A stretch of DNA of 63,089 bases, filler included, from Octopus bimaculoides (lineage: Eukaryota): assembly GCF_001194135.2 (NCBI RefSeq). It is 5 parts of 5 records of this genome, joined end to end, with 100 filler letters (N's around TTAATTAATTAA, not from the genome) between each part and the next. Parts side by side here need not be neighbours in the genome. Positions count along the whole stretch, not along the records: positions 1 to 31,227 come from NC_068998.1; positions 31,328 to 46,722 come from NC_069005.1; 3 more parts are not named here. One strand, 5' to 3'. The position numbers were made by a program, and so were the translations under genes. The notes under the pieces were generated by a model that had not been told where the DNA came from, did no database searches, and saw nothing but the letters and a program-made list of their open reading frames with translations. Positions 26,995-38,327 of this stretch are shown one piece after another. Within the stretch, counting starts at the first letter, position 1. Each line of letters begins with the position of its first letter.

Positions 26995-28317
26995 AAGAAG
27001 TTTGCGCCTGTAGGCTACAAACATCATTCTACTTTGTTACAGTTATAATATCATTACATGTATTTATGGCCATTTTATTTCCAGTACAGAGGAGTCTCGC
27101 GTGGAAAAACTTCGATCATCAGAGTTATGATGATAAAAAATTTTCCACGAGAGACTGCACATGTATCACAGCAACAATGATGTTCCCTACCACAAGTGTC
27201 ACAATAACCCTGGTGTCACTCAACACAAGTACTAAGGTTTTTATGCAGATATTAATTACAAACATCACGGCTACCACGGACTCAACATAAATATTATTAT
27301 AACCAAGACGTTATTTTGCACTAATGTTACGATAATTACCACATTAATATAAACACAATTCACGGCAGCCACGACGTTAATGTGCACAAACAGAGCAGTT
27401 ATGAAATTGTTTTGCAAAGATATCGCGGCAGCCATGACGTTAATATGGACGAGTATCGCGGTAGCCATGACGTTAATATGGACGAGTATCGCGGTAGCCA
27501 TGACGTTAATATGGACGAGTATCGCGGTAGCCATGACGTTAATATGGACGAGTATCGNNNNNNNNNNNNNNNNNNNNNNNNNNNNNNNNNNNNNNNNNNN
27601 NNNNNNNNNNNNNNNNNNNNNNNNNNNNNNNNNNNNNNNNNNNNNNNNNNNNNNNNNNNNNNNNNNNNNNNNNNNNNNNNNNNNNNNNNNNNNNNNNNNN
27701 NNNNNNNNNNNNNNNNNNNNNNNNNNNNNNNNNNNNNNNNNNNNNNNNNNNNNNNNNNNNNNNNNNNNNNNNNNNNNNNNNNNNNNNNNNNNNNNNNNNN
27801 NNNNNNNNNNNNNNNNNNNNNNNNNNNNNNNNNNNNTAATATGGACGAGTATCGCGGTAGCCATGACGTTAATATGGACGAGTATCGCGGTAGCCATGAC
27901 GTTAATATGGACGAGTATCACGGTAGCCATGAAGTTATATTGCAAAAATATCATGGCAGTCATGGCGTTAATATGCATAAATATCACGGTAGTTATGGCG
28001 TTAATAATTACAAATATCACAGTGGCCATGATATTATTAACTATAAATATCACGGTTGCCATGGGGTCGCGCAACACAAATGTCATAACATTATTTTGCA
28101 CATATACGACAGAAGTCACAGCGTTAATATGCACAGTTATCACAACAGGCATGACGTTAATGTGTAGTGATATATGTGGTTTCATTACTCTGATTATCAA
28201 AGTTTTCCTACGAGTGACTCCTCTGTACGGGAAATAAAATGGCCATAAGCATATGTAATGCTATTATAACTGTAACAAAGTGGAGTGATGTTTGTAGCCT
28301 ACAGGCGCAAACTTCTT
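26995..28317. repeat. 130-bp inverted repeat pair (26995-27124 / 28188-28317) enclosing a 30-bp tandem array
   Basis: Manual alignment is ungapped with 13 mismatches in 130 bp (~90%). The outer 32 bp are identical (aagaagtttgcgcctgtaggctacaaacatca). Confidence 0.9.
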
Positions 28318-28630
28318 CGACATGAAGTTATTTTGCATAAATATCGCGGCAGACATGAATTTCTTTTGCGAAAATATCACGGTAGCTATGGCGTTAAGGT
28401 GGACAAATATCAAAGCGGCCATGGCGCTAATAATTACAAATATCCCGGTAACCATGAAGTTATTAACTACAAACATCACAGCTGCCATGGCGTCACTGAC
28501 TATAAATAACATAACAACCATGATGTCATTTTGCACCAATATCACGGTAGCTATAGTGTTAATATGCACAAATACCGCAGTAGTCATGGCGTTAATATGC
28601 ACAAATATCATGGTAGCCATGATGTTACTA
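27160..28630. repeat. 30-bp minisatellite, consensus approx. tatcacggtagccatgacgttaatatgcacaaa, with a homogenised core (gagtatcgcggtagccatgacgttaatatggac) across the gap
   Basis: Identical units at 27430-27557 and 27837-27918. Diverged units flank them on both sides and resume at 28320-28630. Confidence 0.9.
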
Positions 28631-28964
28631 AACATAATTGGATTTACTAAACGTAATAGACAGATGCCATGTAGATTGTAAAAAACTATCAGAGAAAAAC
28701 ACTAACAAAAACCTGAATATCACAAAACTGACGCAGTTATAAAATAACAGAGTAATAATACGTAGAGTAAGAAGAATGTCTCAAACAGTATGACAGTTAC
28801 CAGACTAAAAATTACAGTTATTTATTACAGTTATATATTATAATTACCAAATCAAAAATATCACAAGATATAACCTGTTATAAAGATACTGACTGCAGCA
28901 GAATGACTGCATGTACGCCAAAAAAAATTTATCATGTTATTATAGTTACAAGACCATGAATATA

Positions 28965-29541
28965 TGCACTACCCGGTTAGGGGCCGGCAAACTACGATCC
29001 GAGAGCCATATCTAGCTCTCGTTCACGTGTCATCTAACACACACACACACTTTATTGATGTATGATACAAAAACAAAATTTCTTTATTTTTTTAATCGAT
29101 CTTTGGTTATCAATCAATAAAATTCAGTGGAAAAAAAAAAGGGAAAATTTTTATTTTTAGTGTAGCATCAAATGAATAAATGTTTTAAATTAATATGAAA
29201 AATAGAGTGATTTAAAACATTTTTTTTTTGTGTTGAAAAAATATCAGTTTTTCCAGGTGGTGTATCTAAACAATAAATGTTACAGGATTGGAGCTGTCAG
29301 AGACGAATAGCAACTCGTACGCTATTGAAATTTAAGTGGCATGAAGAACCAATTCTAAGAAAAGTAGGTTTCACAAACATGGTTATTTACCTGTTGCGGA
29401 AAGTAGATAACTAGAAGGTACTACAATTACCAGCAAAATCTGCACTACTAGGTTAGCGGCCGGCAAACTACGGCCAGAGAGCCAAAACCAGCTCGCGTTC
29501 ACATGTCATTCAACACTTTATTGATGTATGATACAAAAACA
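28965..29541 (+). mobile_element. Two direct copies of a hAT/Charlie-like terminal sequence (28965-29085, 29441-29541)
   Basis: tgcactac..ggttag(g/c)ggccggcaaactacg..cgagagcc...tttattgatgtatgatacaaaaaca occurs twice. ggccggcaaactacggcc is typical of hAT-Charlie ends. Confidence 0.6.
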
Positions 29542-29883
29542 TTCAGTCACGTTTTAGTCAAACTAAAAATATTTTAAAGCTATTTATTCTTTGTTTATGT
29601 TTTCGAGTGTTACTCTAAGTGGATAAAGCTGTAAATATTTTTTTTCTACTACAGGCACAAGGGTTACAATTCAGGAGTCAGATGCTTAGTCAATTATATC
29701 GACCCTAGTATTCAGCTGGTAATTATTTTATCGAATCCGGTGGGATTTAAACTTAGAATGTAAAGAACAGGAGGAATTAGTCCTAATTATTCTAACCAAC
29801 GTGCTAACAAACCTGCCAATTCACCGCTTTTATCAAATACTTTACCCTAGTGTCACTTTGATGGCATGCATTGATCTCTCACT

Positions 29884-29926
29884 CAATAATAATAATAATA
29901 ACAATAACAACAACAGCAGCAGCAAC

Positions 29927-29986
<60 letters not shown>

Positions 29987-29998
29987 AACAACAACAAC

Positions 29999-30087
<89 letters not shown>
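29884..30087. repeat. (TAA)n/(CAA)n trinucleotide microsatellite
   Basis: Directly visible. Confidence 0.95.
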
Positions 30088-30088
<1 letters not shown>

Positions 30089-30798
30089 CCCTGAAGGGGT
30101 TCTCTCCACTTAAAGTGTAAATTCACCCTCTCTTTTATTTCTTAATAAAGTTTCTCCCCTTACTTCGAAAGAAACTATATGTGGCAGTACCAACAATTGC
30201 CGGTCAAATTTCTCGCGTTTTCTTTTTTATATATACAGACATGGTGTCGCTTATGATTCGTTTTGCTCTCTAAGATAACATTTACTTGTTTCAGTCCTTT
30301 GACTGCGGTCATACTGGGACACCGCCTTGAAGCACTTTGACCGCAGTACTTATTAAAAATATTTTAAAGCTTGTACTTATTCTATCTTTCTCTGTTGTCG
30401 AACCACTTTAGCGAATCATCTCGATCCCATATATTTGATTGTACATTATATATCCAGACACCAAATTGATAAAATAGAAAGTTGATCGCGTCACTATTTG
30501 AACTCAGAACGCAAAGAGAGAAAACATACTGTATAACACTAAACGATTTTGCTCTGTACAGAGGGTCTGACGTGACATAGATATTTGCTAAGAAATATAT
30601 TCACGTATAGTATAAGAGGAAATTATATCACAACACAAAGACAGTTATTCAAAAGTTAATCGCTAAAAGAAGACGAGTTATAAAGACTAACACTAAAATA
30701 TTTATAACATAGAGAACACAAAAACTCTATTAACCAAATTCAATTGTAACAAGGAAGGTATATATAATAAATAAATGCCGACCAAATATAATACAGAC

Positions 30799-30841
<43 letters not shown>

Positions 30842-31327
30842 NNNNNNNNNNNNNNNNNNNNNNNNNNNNNNNNNNNNNNNNNNNNNNNNNNNNNNNNNNN
30901 NNNNNNNNNNNNNNNNNNNNNNNNATATATATATACGTATGTATATAGATATAAGTATATATACATATGATATATATATATATGCGCATATAAAATAATA
31001 TATCTAGATATATACATACATATATGTATATATACATATATATCTGTATATATACATATGTAAATATTTATGTATCTATATATGCATATATATATATATA
31101 TGTATGTATGTAAACATACATATATATCCATATATATATGTATACATATATGTATATATATATACATATATATATGCATATATATATATATGTATATATA
31201 TTTGCATATATATATATATATATATATNNNNNNNNNNNNNNNNNNNNNNNNNNNNNNNNNNNNNNNNNNNNTTAATTAATTAANNNNNNNNNNNNNNNNN
31301 NNNNNNNNNNNNNNNNNNNNNNNNNNN

Positions 31328-32520
31328 ATCATTGTATTTTCTTCAAAAATATTTAAGATTTCAGTAAGCTTTCAAAGAACGATAAAGATACCGAGAGAGG
31401 CACGTGCTACACGACTCCAGGCAGATATGTGCAGCTTTCCAACAGCACGAAGTGCTTCTGTTTGAGGAGGGAGAGAGTTGACGACACTCACAGATTTTAG
31501 TTCATACCTGGACGGTCTGACGTGACTCTCGGAAGCGGACGTGACTCTCGGAAGCGGACGTGAGGTTTCTCCTGGGGGACTCTAGGCGTCGGTAATAACG
31601 AACTGGCTAATCTGTTCCAGAAGACTTTCCAGTCGGGAATTACCTTGGATAATTTCCTGGCAGTGTTACCGAGGGGTGCTACAGGTTCGAGACAAGCTCG
31701 TCAGAGATGTGCTCAGAGAGAGGAAACCGTTCTACACGCACTCGTTCAATGTCCGAACACTGTTGACTCGCTGAGTTATGTCAAACATCTCCTGTCACGT
31801 GTGGAACGGATCTGTCTGTGTTGTGTCGACGCCCCCAGGCGAAGAAGTAGGATCTCCCAAGACATATAAAGAGAGGTAGTCTGGCCGTGGCAGGAGTGTT
31901 GAGTAGCAGTTGTGCAGCGGTTGAGTAGAGATCATCCAAAGATGCTAGATAGCAGTAACTTGAGACATAACAGTCTGTTAGCCAAGTACATAGAGATTAT
32001 TGCCTCGCCACCTTCCTATAATTGAGTAGGTGATGCAGTTTTCTTTGTCTGGTAGCAATTGCGAAAGAGGTTGTTTGATGGATGAAGCTGAAAGGCATGA
32101 GGACAGAGACTTTCCTGTTTGGTAGATCCCTTATCGACATTTTCAAGTTTAACTTGAAAAGCAAAATGAAGACAGAGAGGGAGGTGCTGCCCTCGAAAGG
32201 TTGCAAAAATAAAAGTTGGTACTGCTCTAAGTACAGACATATGAGTCGCAGAACAGGAATTGGAGAGGGCACTTGCTCTTGTGTTCAGGGAAATCTTGGT
32301 TGGTGGTGTCCCTTGATTACCCCCCAGAGGTCCTCCTGTATTACGAGAACAACATCACTATCATTCTTTTTCCTTTTCTTTTCTTTTACAGTCGTATACT
32401 CTCTATCTTTCCTTTGTTTTATTGTAATTTTTTTGATCGTTTCATTATATGTAAAAACCCTCAAACCTTGTCTTCCCATTGTCCCATTCATCCGTCGCTC
32501 TGGTTGTAAATAAAAGAAAA
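31328..32520 (+). mobile_element. Tx1/L1-like LINE 3' end with 3' UTR and polyA signal
   Basis: CAQREETVLHALVQCP (C..C...E...H....C zinc knuckle of zf-RVT) and FLFGRSLIDIFKFNLKSKMKTERE, then a pyrimidine-rich UTR, aataaa near 32510 and an A/TAT-rich tail. Confidence 0.75.
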
Positions 32521-32834
32521 TATTATTATTATACTTATTGTTGTTGTTACTGTTGCTGTTTTGTTGTTGCCGCTAATGCTGCAGTTGTTGTTGTTAATCC
32601 TCATCATCAAAGTCATCTAGTCGTCGTCATCATCATCATCATTTCTATTATTAAAGTTGTGAGCTGACAGAAACCTTAGAGCATTGTACAAAACGCTCAG
32701 CAGCATTTTCCTTCCGGCTCTTTACAATCTCGGTTCAAATCCCACCGAGGTCAACTTTACCGTTCTTTCCTTCTGATCATTAAACACCGATGTCTATATG
32801 ATCGACTTATGATGTGCCTAAAATTTGAATCTAT

Positions 32835-32886
<52 letters not shown>

Positions 32887-33225
32887 CATTATTATTATTA
32901 TTATTATTATTATCATTATTATTATTATCGTTGTTCAGTAGTTTTATTTTTATAACGTGCTTTCACTTCACTACCGAGCGCAGCTCTGTGCGCCTTGGGT
33001 ATGTGCTGTGGTTTGCTGTGATGCTCTTATGGTTACTGTGTTGAAAGTGTTTTGCATAGGATGTGTGCAGTGCCCAGTAGTGCAATTTTCTGTATGTTAT
33101 ATATATTTGTCACATACAGAAAATTGCACTACTGGGCACTGCATTTATTATTATTATTATTATTATTATCATCATCATCATCATTATTATTATCATTATT
33201 ATTATTATTATCAATATTACTATTA

Positions 33226-33257
<32 letters not shown>

Positions 33258-33267
33258 CATTATGCAG

Positions 33268-33406
33268 GTTTTTGATGCATTTATTGTGATCGCTTCTTTC
33301 GCCCTGGATTTTGTATTCCTGGATAGCCAATGGTATGAGACGGGTAAAGATGCAAGTACTATTCTGGTTTTGTTGCTTCCTTGGCGCGTCGTTCGGATAG
33401 TTAACA
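33268..33406 (+). CDS. Hv3: Hv-family voltage-sensor exon, S3-S4 (VFDAFIVIASFALDFVFLDSQWYETGKDASTILVLLLPWRVVRIVN)
   Basis: tgcag| acceptor and |gtaagt donor, phase 0 to 1. S3 FDAFIV..SF.LD and S4 WRxxRIxN are Hv hallmarks. Pro replaces the first S4 Arg, as in molluscan Hv3. Confidence 0.92.
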
Positions 33407-33802
33407 GTAAGTGAACAATAATAATGTTGTTGTTAATGCTGTGGTCATGCCTTTAGATGTAATTAATTGGAGCCTTTAATCAAATCCTCTTACTGATCAG
33501 TCAGTCAGACAGACTATATCAAAGTATACAATATCATGGGTCAATTTCAGCTCATCATATCAATCAATTTTGCACTTGGTATCAGATGATACAGTGGTTT
33601 ACTTACACCACGTGGTTTTTAGTGATGGCAAGCATGAAAACAACATGGTGAATCAGTGCGAAATCGATTGGCTGAAAAAGATCTTTAATGCTGTGTACTT
33701 TAATGTATACCCACTCAATTGAGAACTATATATATATATGTGCGTGTGCGTGTGTGCATGAAATTGACAAATATATGAGTGCTTTTTCTTTACTTTATGG
33801 GT

Positions 33803-33855
<53 letters not shown>

Positions 33856-34987
33856 NNNNNNNNNNNNNNNNNNNNNNNNNNNNNNNNNNNNNNNNNNNNN
33901 NNNNNNNNNNNNNNNNNNNNNNNNNNNNNNNNNNNNNNNNNNNNNNNNNNNNNNNNNNNNNNNNNNNNNNNNNNNNNNNNNNNNNNNNNNNNNNNNNNNN
34001 NNNNNNNNNNNNNNNNNNNNNNNNNNNNNNNNNNNNNNNNNNNNNNNNNNNNNNNNNNNNNNNNNNNNNNNNNNNNNNNNNNNNNNNNNNNNNNNNNNNN
34101 NNNNNNNNNNNNNNNNNNNNNNNNNNNNNNNNNNNNNNNNNNNNNNNNNNNNNNNNNNNNNNNNNNNNNNNNNNNNNNNNNNNNNNNNNNNNNNNNNNNN
34201 NNNNNNNNNNNNNNNNNNNNNNNNNNNNNNNNNNNNNNNNNNNNNNNNNNNNNNNNNNNNNNNNNNNNNNNNNNNNNNNNNNNNNNNNNNNNNNNNNNNN
34301 NNNNNNNNNNNNNNNNNNNNNNNNNNNNNNNNNNNNNNNNNNNNNNNNNNNNNNNNNNNNNNNNNNNNNNNNNNNNNNNNNNNNNNNNNNNNNNNNNNNN
34401 NNNNNNNNNNNNNNNNNNNNNNNNNNNNNNNNNNNNNNNNNNNNNNNNNNNNNNNNNNNNNNNNNNNNNNNNNNNNNNNNNNNNNNNNNNNNNNNNNNNN
34501 NNNNNNNNNNNNNNNNNNNNNNNNNNNNNNNNNNNNNNNNNNNNNNNNNNNNNNNNNNNNNNNNNNNNNNNNNNNNNNNNNNNNNNNNNNNNNNNNNNNN
34601 NNNNNNNNNNNNNNNNNNNNNNNNNNNNNNNNNNNNNNNNNNNNNNNNNNNNNNNNNNNNNNNNNNNNNNNNNNNNNNNNNNNNNNNNNNNNNNNNNNNN
34701 NNNNNNNNNNTATATATATATATATGTATATGTATATATATTGCATTTCAAAACACCTTGGGTGGAAAATCTTCAGGGCATAAAAAAGGACAATACAGAG
34801 GCTACATTTTGATTGGTTGAAATACTCCAATATATATTCATAGTTTTCTACCACGCTCTTACTTTCTTATCATTTCATGCTTTCCCACCCTATTTCTCTC
34901 TCACTTAATCATCCACACTTCCACTCACTTTCAAATTCACACATTCTCTCTCTCTCTTTCTTTTTTTTTTTCTCTTTTTTTTTCCAG

Positions 34988-35103
34988 GTTTCCTGATGAC
35001 AGTCAACAGGAAACATCACATAGAAATTATGACTGTTAGAAAATCCAAGAAAAAAGCAGACATGAAAATCATTAAATTACAGGCACTGATAAACGAAATC
35101 ACT
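34988..35103 (+). CDS. Hv3: Hv3-like exon, end of S4 and start of coiled coil (S-FLMTVNRKHHIEIMTVRKSKKKADMKIIKLQALINEIT)
   Basis: Long polypyrimidine tract plus ccag|, donor |gtaagt. Phase 1 to 0 joins the previous exon exactly (A+GT=Ser). Confidence 0.9.
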
Positions 35104-36347
35104 GTAAGTACCTGGAATTGAAACCCTCATAATGGGTTGTACAACGCTCCTTACTAACACCAAGGTCGTGGTCTTTTTGCTCTTATTCATAATTGCCGAT
35201 ATTGTTGTTGTTGTTGTTCTGATTGTATCTATGTAATTGCTTAATTGCTTTGTGTACGCGTCTGAATGAGGGAAATACGTGAATCTGAAACTGTTTAAAT
35301 GTATAGGTACGACCATATGTATTCCTGTGTCTATACACACACACACGCACGCGCGCGCGCACACACACACATACACACACACATATGCACCTATACACGC
35401 ACACATATTTACATATGTATAGAACAACCTAATGTTTTACACACTCCACCTCAAACCGTACCACAACCTACAGCAGCACTCTCCATCTCGTCATAGACAC
35501 AACAACATACTGCCGCACTCTACACCAGATCATACCCAACTGTCCCTCGTTCTTCTCCCGGCACTCGACATCATACGGTACCTCACTACGTCAAATTAAA
35601 CCACACCNNNNNNNNNNNNNNNNNNNNNNNNNNNNNNNNNNNNNNNNNNNNNNNNNNNNNNNNNNNNNNNNNNNNNNNNNNNNNNNNNNNNNNNNNNNNN
35701 NNNNNNNNNNNNNNNNNNNNNNNNNNNNNNNNNNNNNNNNNNNNNNNNNNNNNNNNNNNNNNNNNNNNNNNNNNNNNNNNNNNNNNNNNNNNNNNNNNNN
35801 NNNNNNNNNNNNNNNNNNNNNNNNNNNNNNNNNNNNNNNNNNNNNNNNNNNCCCAACTGTCCCTCGTTCTTCTCCCGGCACTCGACATCATACGGTACCT
35901 CACTACGTCAAATTAAACCACACCATACTTCAGCACCCTGCACTGCATCGCACCACAAAGATACTCCAGCATTCGACACTCCCCAGCCTCCTACGAAATG
36001 TCGCACTTCATACAGATTACACTACATGACACAACATTCACCTACTTTTAGACCACATCATTCTCCAGCAATCTACAGTGCTCTATAATTGTCTGCAATA
36101 CAACGTACAATACTCTACACCACAACGCAACATATTGCACAACAACATACCCCATCACTCTCCACCTCACCACAAGACACGACACCATTCTTCAGCACTG
36201 CACAGCACGCAAAACCACACTACAACTAACCATACATCTTACCACTTTATCCCAGACCACACAACACTCAACTGTTCTGCGCGACACTACACCATACTCC
36301 AGCAATCAACATCACAGTGCACAACATCATACTCAAATACTCTACAC

Positions 36348-36704
36348 AAGGCCTAGCCAACTCGAATTACATTGCGGCCCACTTTAATCACAGAAAGTTT
36401 ATTGAGGGCCATTTGTATACTGACAGAATTGAAAGCATTTTGCTTTCCCATGCTATTATTGCAATAATAAATGAACGATCGTCGATTCAACATGACGTGT
36501 TATCGTTGCAAAAACCGGAAGTATCTTTCTTTTTTACTTTTCACTACAATCTTTAATTTTTGATAATTTTTTTTAAATACTTGTTTAAATAAACCCATTT
36601 CAAGGAAGTATCAAGCGGGCCGCCGCAAGATAAAAGTCTGCGGGCCGCAAGATAAAAGTCTGCTGGCCGCATGCGGCCCGCTGGCCTCAGGTTGGCCAGC
36701 CCTG
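36348..36704. mobile_element. hAT-type MITE (~357 bp) in an Hv3 intron
   Basis: 14-bp imperfect TIRs aaggcctagccaac / gttggccagccctg. 8-bp TSD ctctacac (36340-36347) / ctctacag (36705-36712). Subterminal gcgggccgca repeats. Confidence 0.75.
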
Positions 36705-37021
36705 CTCTACAGTACCACAGTACCATTCTACAGCACTCCACAGTACCATTCTACAATATAACACACCATACGCCAGTATTTCCACGCCACACTACACACT
36801 AGCATTCTCTAGTACTCTGCACTACACCACAAAATACTCCAGTCTCTATACCATACCACACTACGCCAAAACATATTCCAGCACTCAATCTTCCACCACA
36901 CGCCACGTTACAACACGCAACAACATACTACAGCACTCTACAGCACTATACCTGTTACACTGTACCATGTGTCTTAGTACCTTATTGCTCTTTACCACAC
37001 TACAACACACAACTCTACATA

Positions 37022-37088
<67 letters not shown>

Positions 37089-37690
37089 ACCACACCAAAC
37101 TACATTCTTTGTCACACCACCCCATATCACGCTTCACCTAACCCCATCGCTCTGCCTCTATCTACACCACACTACTCTGCTCACTCTACACAACGCATCA
37201 CTCAATGCAACACCATCCTATACCATTCACACCCACAGTACACCACACTATACTACATTACATCGCACTACAGCAAACCATACAGAAACTTCCCTACCAC
37301 TTCTAGTGACAACCTAGAATTCTCCAGTGTACTGAAAGAAAATATTGCAGGCATTAACAATTTCAGAATTCTCGTTGTCTGGTGAAAGTTCTGACAGTTT
37401 ATCATCCAAAATCAAAATGTTTGATAACCAAATTAAATCTTATCAATTGAAGATGGTCTTAGTTAAACATTGCGAGCTCTCATTTTATGCAAAATAAAGA
37501 AAGTTACTGTGTTTAACGGTTAAACTATTGAGACACGTTGCTTCGAATCCCAGAGCTTTTCTTGCGTTGGAAATAACATGTGACTATTAAGGTTGAAATA
37601 TTACGAAGCATTACTCTAAACAACTTATTTTTGTTCATAATTTTTAATTGCCTTGTTACCTTATCACTCGCGTCTTCTATTTTGTTTCAG

Positions 37691-37763
37691 AGAGATGTAG
37701 AGTTACTTGTAGCGCTTAGCAGAAGCAGAGGCGCCCCAGAACATGAAATAACCGCGTGTCTTT
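37691..37763 (+). CDS. Hv3: Hv3-like exon (RDVELLVALSRSRGAPEHEITACL)
   Basis: tttgtttcag| acceptor, |gtaagt donor, phase 0 to 1. Continues the coiled-coil heptad. Confidence 0.85.
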
Positions 37764-38327
37764 GTAAGTATTCGCCAGATTGAGTTGGAATTCTGTCTGC
37801 ACAGAAGTTTTTAAAAATACTATCTTCAGTTCTAATAAATTGTAAAACCGTGATTTCTGATACACGCGATCTTGTCCAGAAATGGGCAAAGAGGAATCTG
37901 TCCCTGTCAGACAGAGGTGGGGATTGTGTACATTGCTCCTGTCATCTACTACCGCCTGACTGTCATCCCTTGCTTCATTGCTAATCAGTCTAGAGCGCTT
38001 ACTTTTCTTGAAATATAACATATACACCCACTATCCATTTTTCATCTTCGATATCTCATTGTTGTTTATATTAGGCGTGATCGGATACGAAACGTCGTCA
38101 CAAGATCCATGCAGGCTATAATTCCTATTGAAAATCCGTAAACATTAACCATCACAAATTTTGTCCATTGTGATAATAATTTTATCATTCTTCACTGATA
38201 ATAATATTTTGAATCGATTTTTCTGTGTAAACGTATTTTTATTTGATTTTTCTTTGTAAATGTATTTTTATTTGATTTTAATATTATTTGTTTTTTCTTT
38301 TTCTTTTTTTTTTCTTTGTTATGCCAG

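Noticed and set aside
27430-27918. 30-bp repeats as a CRISPR array
   Set aside because: Units are head-to-tail with no unique spacers, there are no cas genes, and the context is eukaryotic.
27382-28167. MDEY/Y-rich repeat as a reflectin
   Set aside because: It lacks the reflectin M/FD(X)5MD(X)5MD motif and the Met/Arg/Trp-rich composition.
31272-31283. Isolated TTAATTAATTAA between N runs (also 46767-46778, 57136-57147, 60859-60870)
   Set aside because: An identical 12-mer embedded in gaps four times, with stops in all six frames. It is an assembly/scaffolding spacer, not biological.
35535-35924. Exact ~73-bp direct repeat either side of a gap (similar cases at 26140-26458, 8180-8410, 11930-12300)
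   Set aside because: Most simply unmerged contig overlaps.
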